Assembly: GCA_945870035.1 (NCBI GenBank)
Contig: CAMBQQ010000004.1
Coordinates: 197 to 64,196, forward strand
Length of the DNA stretch: 64,000 bases
Direction: 5' to 3'
Origin: Rhizobium sp. Q54
Lineage (GTDB): Bacteria; Pseudomonadota; Alphaproteobacteria; Rhizobiales; Xanthobacteraceae
Below are positions 60,932 to 64,000 of the stretch, piece after piece. Positions within the stretch are counted from its first letter, which is position 1. Each line of letters begins with the position of its first letter. The notes beneath the pieces are model-generated. The model did no database searches and had not been told where the DNA came from. It was given only the letters and a program-made list of their open reading frames with translations. The translations under genes were made by a program, and so were the position numbers.

Positions 60932-61702
60932 TCACCTTTCAAATGTAAATACGCGCAGCGTGAAGCGGTGTTTTTCCGGAAAACGGGCGTCGAGGCTGCC
61001 GAACTGGCGCACCGCCCAGTCGGCCAACTGGCGCAAGGCGCGGGCGCGCACATCCGCCGGCAGTCTGGAAAAGCGCGCGCCGCCGCCATGACGGTCGATA
61101 AAATCACGCGGCGTGCGCGTCGCGTCCCATGTTGCGGCATCGATGTCGCTCACGGTCGCGGCGCGCTCTTCAAGATGCAATTCGGCCAGGGCGCGCGCAT
61201 TGCCGGTTTCGGCAGGTGGCGCGTTGCCGTTCAGAATCAAATCGAGCTGGCGCTTCATGCGCGCATCGCTGCCGCCGTCCGGCGTGCGCGTGCGGCCGAG
61301 CAACAGCGCGCCTTGCGGCCGCAACACCCGCACGGTTTCGTCGATCAGCGTGCGCCATTTTTTGAGGCCGCCGAAAATTTGCACCAGCAGAACGCCGTCG
61401 AAGGCGCGGTCGGCAAAGGGCAGGGCGCAACCGTCGGCCTGCACCAGCGCGGCGCTGGCGCAGCGTTGCCGGAACGCCTGCACCATGCCGAAAGACAGAT
61501 CGACGCCGACGTAATCGTCTTGTGCGTGCACGAAGGGCCAGCCGATACGGCCCGAACCGGCACCAAGATCGAGAACACGGGGGCGCACTGGAAGTGTCGC
61601 CAGCACTGCCGCGCGCACCGCTCTGGCCGCGGCGTCCGGCAAAGCGCGGTGGCGATCGAACTGGGGCGCCACCGCGTCAAAGACGGACATCCGCAAATTC
61701 AC
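60932..61702 (-). CDS. Class I SAM-dependent methyltransferase (start may be ATG 61690)
   Basis: VLDLGAGSGRIG, GVDLSFGM, ADGCALPFAD..FD and RVLRPQG. Confidence 0.88.
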   Translation of the reverse strand: MNLRMSVFDAVAPQFDRHRALPDAAARAVRAAVLATLPVRPRVLDLGAGSGRIGWPFVHAQDDYVGVDLSFGMVQAFRQRCASAALVQADGCALPFADRAFDGVLLVQIFGGLKKWRTLIDETVRVLRPQGALLLGRTRTPDGGSDARMKRQLDLILNGNAPPAETGNARALAELHLEERAATVSDIDAATWDATRTPRDFIDRHGGGARFSRLPADVRARALRQLADWAVRQFGSLDARFPEKHRFTLRVFTFER

Positions 61703-61706
61703 CGCG

Positions 61707-64000
61707 TTAGTGATGCGAGTAAAGCATTTTTGATGTACCGGGCCTTACGCCGGCCGGTACGACGCTGACCACCGTCATCATGCCGCGATCCTCATGAGCG
61801 AGGATGTGACAGTGCATGACGTATTGTCCGGCATAATCGACAAAGCGGCTGCGCATCTTGAAGTAGCCCGGAATAGTCACAACCGAAGCGGGCTGCTGGG
61901 TTGTCGCAGGCAGATTTGCCTGAAAACCGGACGGGATCGGAAACACGTCCCACCAGACGAGATCCCGGTTGGTCGGCGGGGCGCAGGGCCGCCATGTGTC
62001 TTCGACGGCCGGATTGACCCAGCATTGTCCGGTGGTCAGCTCTCGCGCGCTGCCAGGCTTGAGGTTGGATGGTGCCGTGACCGAGAACACATAGTGCGCG
62101 ACCAGATTGCCGCTTGAGTCGCGCTGCTGCTGGTTTGGATCGAAGACTTCGAATACCTGGAAGGGATTGATGTGAATGTGGAACGGGTGATCGATCTGGC
62201 CCGGCGGATTGTTCGGATTGGCAATATTATTGGCCGTCGTATTGACGAGGGTCCATTCTTCGACCGTGTTGAGTTGAACCTCCGCGCCGACCTCGCCATT
62301 GAATTCCTTGCCGTCGATCGTGTGGCGGGTGAATGGCGGACCTGCGGCCAGCGCCGGAAATTCCTTGGTCGGCGTCGGCGTTTTCGAATCGAAAACAATT
62401 TTTTTGCTGTTAGTGACTTCCGACGGCGCGATGTCGGCCAGGAAAGCCGGGAATGCCGGCGCTTGCGGAATAAACTGTGACGTGGGCCCGCTGGCGGCGC
62501 TATCGCCGACAACGATGTAAAGCAAGATCTTCGCGTTGCTGTCGGCTTTCTGAACTTGCGCGCCGTTGACCGCCTTGGCGACCCTGACCGGATAAGTCCC
62601 CGGCGCGTTTGGCGCTTTAACCAGCATATCGACACGGTTGCCGCCGGTCATCAGAAAGGAATCGCTCTGGCTTTTCTGGTAATTGGCAGGCGAGAGCTGA
62701 ACGCCGTCGCGCGCTGTCAGCTTCCATTCGATTCCGCCGGTTGGCTTGACGAAATAGGCGCCGCTGCGCGCCGCGGCATTGATTATGCGGAAAAGCTGAA
62801 CCTCGCCCTGCTTCATGGCGATGGTCGGCGTCGGCCGGCCATTGACCGTGAAATCGAGTTTGTTGGCGCCGGTGCCGAGTCCTCCTGAAAAGAGGATCGG
62901 ACTGCCGGACAATTCCTGAATTTGGATGATCGGTTGCGCACGGGTCCAGCCGGCGCCGTAGAAGGCATCGAGGTCCCTGTCGTATTGCCCTTCGATGATG
63001 AAGGCGCCGGTCATGCCGTTGGCGACATTGATTGTCGTCGAGCCGTGTTTATGCGCGTGATACCAATGTGTGCCCGGCGCCTGGCCCATTCTCACAGCAC
63101 CAGGCGCTGCTCCGGTCGGGAATTCCGGCAAGCGGAAACAATAAGGATAGGCGCCGATGTAATATTGCGGCCATTGGCCCTGAGCGATTTTCTCGAGATC
63201 GGGTGGCAGCAGCTTTCTCTTGATGGCGGGATCGCGATCATATTCGGCAAGCAATTCCAATTGGGTATCGACATAGCTTTTCGGCAGGTCGGCCCAAACG
63301 GTCGGCCATTGCGCCAGTTGACTCTTGTTCAGCTCATTCTCGCATTGGCCGAAAAATTCAGCGAACGCCGCCTTGACGCTGTCGGCGGTGACGACCGGGT
63401 TGCCATCCTTGCGCAGCGACGGTCTCACTTCGATGAAGACGTTGTCCGCGGTCGATGTCGGGCTGGTGTGCGTGCCGTGGAAATGAATATTGCCGGTGCT
63501 CGAGCCGTGGAAACAATCGGGAAATTTATCGGAGTAAGGGTAGGGGCCGGAGCTTTCGTCGCAACCTTGCTGCGGGTGTTCGCGTTCGCCGCGGTCGATC
63601 GAGTCGCCGAAATAATTGGGATCGACCTGGTTGAGGAAGGTGAGTTGCACGAGGTTTCCGACCTGCGCGCGGAAAGTCGGTCCCGGCATCGGATCGGTGT
63701 AGGGCACTTTTTGCGGCGGCGGCGGCACGTAGCCGGGGAAGCTGTTGATGGCAGGATAACCGGACGGGATTGTGCCGGGGTATTCCGGCAGCGTTGCATT
63801 CAGGCCGCGATAGACCCTGTTGTATTGCAGCACGCAGTCGGTCGAACTGGCCGATTTGGTTTCCTTCATCCGGTTGGTTTCGACCGTCAGCACGATGGTG
63901 CCATTGAGCCGCTTGCCGTCGGTCACCAATTCGGGAACGCGCAAAAGCGGTTGCGATTGTTGCGGGTCGTTCGCGGGGAGACAGCCAACCGTGCCCGTCA
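61707..64000 (-). CDS. Three-domain multicopper oxidase (laccase-like), 5' end outside window
   Basis: All four Cu motifs: HFHG, WYHAH, HPFHIH and HCHILAHEDRGMM. The frame stays open from 63944 to the window edge. Confidence 0.92.
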   Translation of the reverse strand, partial: TGTVGCLPANDPQQSQPLLRVPELVTDGKRLNGTIVLTVETNRMKETKSASSTDCVLQYNRVYRGLNATLPEYPGTIPSGYPAINSFPGYVPPPPQKVPYTDPMPGPTFRAQVGNLVQLTFLNQVDPNYFGDSIDRGEREHPQQGCDESSGPYPYSDKFPDCFHGSSTGNIHFHGTHTSPTSTADNVFIEVRPSLRKDGNPVVTADSVKAAFAEFFGQCENELNKSQLAQWPTVWADLPKSYVDTQLELLAEYDRDPAIKRKLLPPDLEKIAQGQWPQYYIGAYPYCFRLPEFPTGAAPGAVRMGQAPGTHWYHAHKHGSTTINVANGMTGAFIIEGQYDRDLDAFYGAGWTRAQPIIQIQELSGSPILFSGGLGTGANKLDFTVNGRPTPTIAMKQGEVQLFRIINAAARSGAYFVKPTGGIEWKLTARDGVQLSPANYQKSQSDSFLMTGGNRVDMLVKAPNAPGTYPVRVAKAVNGAQVQKADSNAKILLYIVVGDSAASGPTSQFIPQAPAFPAFLADIAPSEVTNSKKIVFDSKTPTPTKEFPALAAGPPFTRHTIDGKEFNGEVGAEVQLNTVEEWTLVNTTANNIANPNNPPGQIDHPFHIHINPFQVFEVFDPNQQQRDSSGNLVAHYVFSVTAPSNLKPGSARELTTGQCWVNPAVEDTWRPCAPPTNRDLVWWDVFPIPSGFQANLPATTQQPASVVTIPGYFKMRSRFVDYAGQYVMHCHILAHEDRGMMTVVSVVPAGVRPGTSKMLYSHH

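Overview
A GC-rich alphaproteobacterial chromosome segment. Gene content and order (cpdR next to tRNA-Val, suhB/MmgR sRNA, ROSE thermometer, palindromic intergenic repeats) point to Hyphomicrobiales/Rhizobiales. It is mostly housekeeping and metabolism: P1B ATPase tail, yciF, dcp-ggt, DUF1007 with a Ni/Co transporter, cobalt-type nitrile hydratase, TRAP/SDR/acyl-CoA dehydrogenase genes, an IOR-Crp-CoA ligase-ABC cluster, hemH, an outer-membrane barrel, galU, a lytic transglycosylase, gltBD, ibpA, a Rieske oxygenase/dehydrogenase/MarR module with a 16-bp palindromic operator candidate, hisN and cpdR. The most unusual part lies downstream of tRNA-Val(GAC). It is an apparent minus-strand operon of a laccase-like multicopper oxidase with a large insertion, a SAM methyltransferase and a molybdenum-storage-protein-like pair (MosB/MosA). 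The alpha-like subunit seems to lack residues I recall as important in Azotobacter MoSto. Two genes carry frameshifts in GCGCGC tracts, possibly sequencing errors. There is no CRISPR array, integrase or transposase. All calls come from motif recognition and memory; no searches were run.
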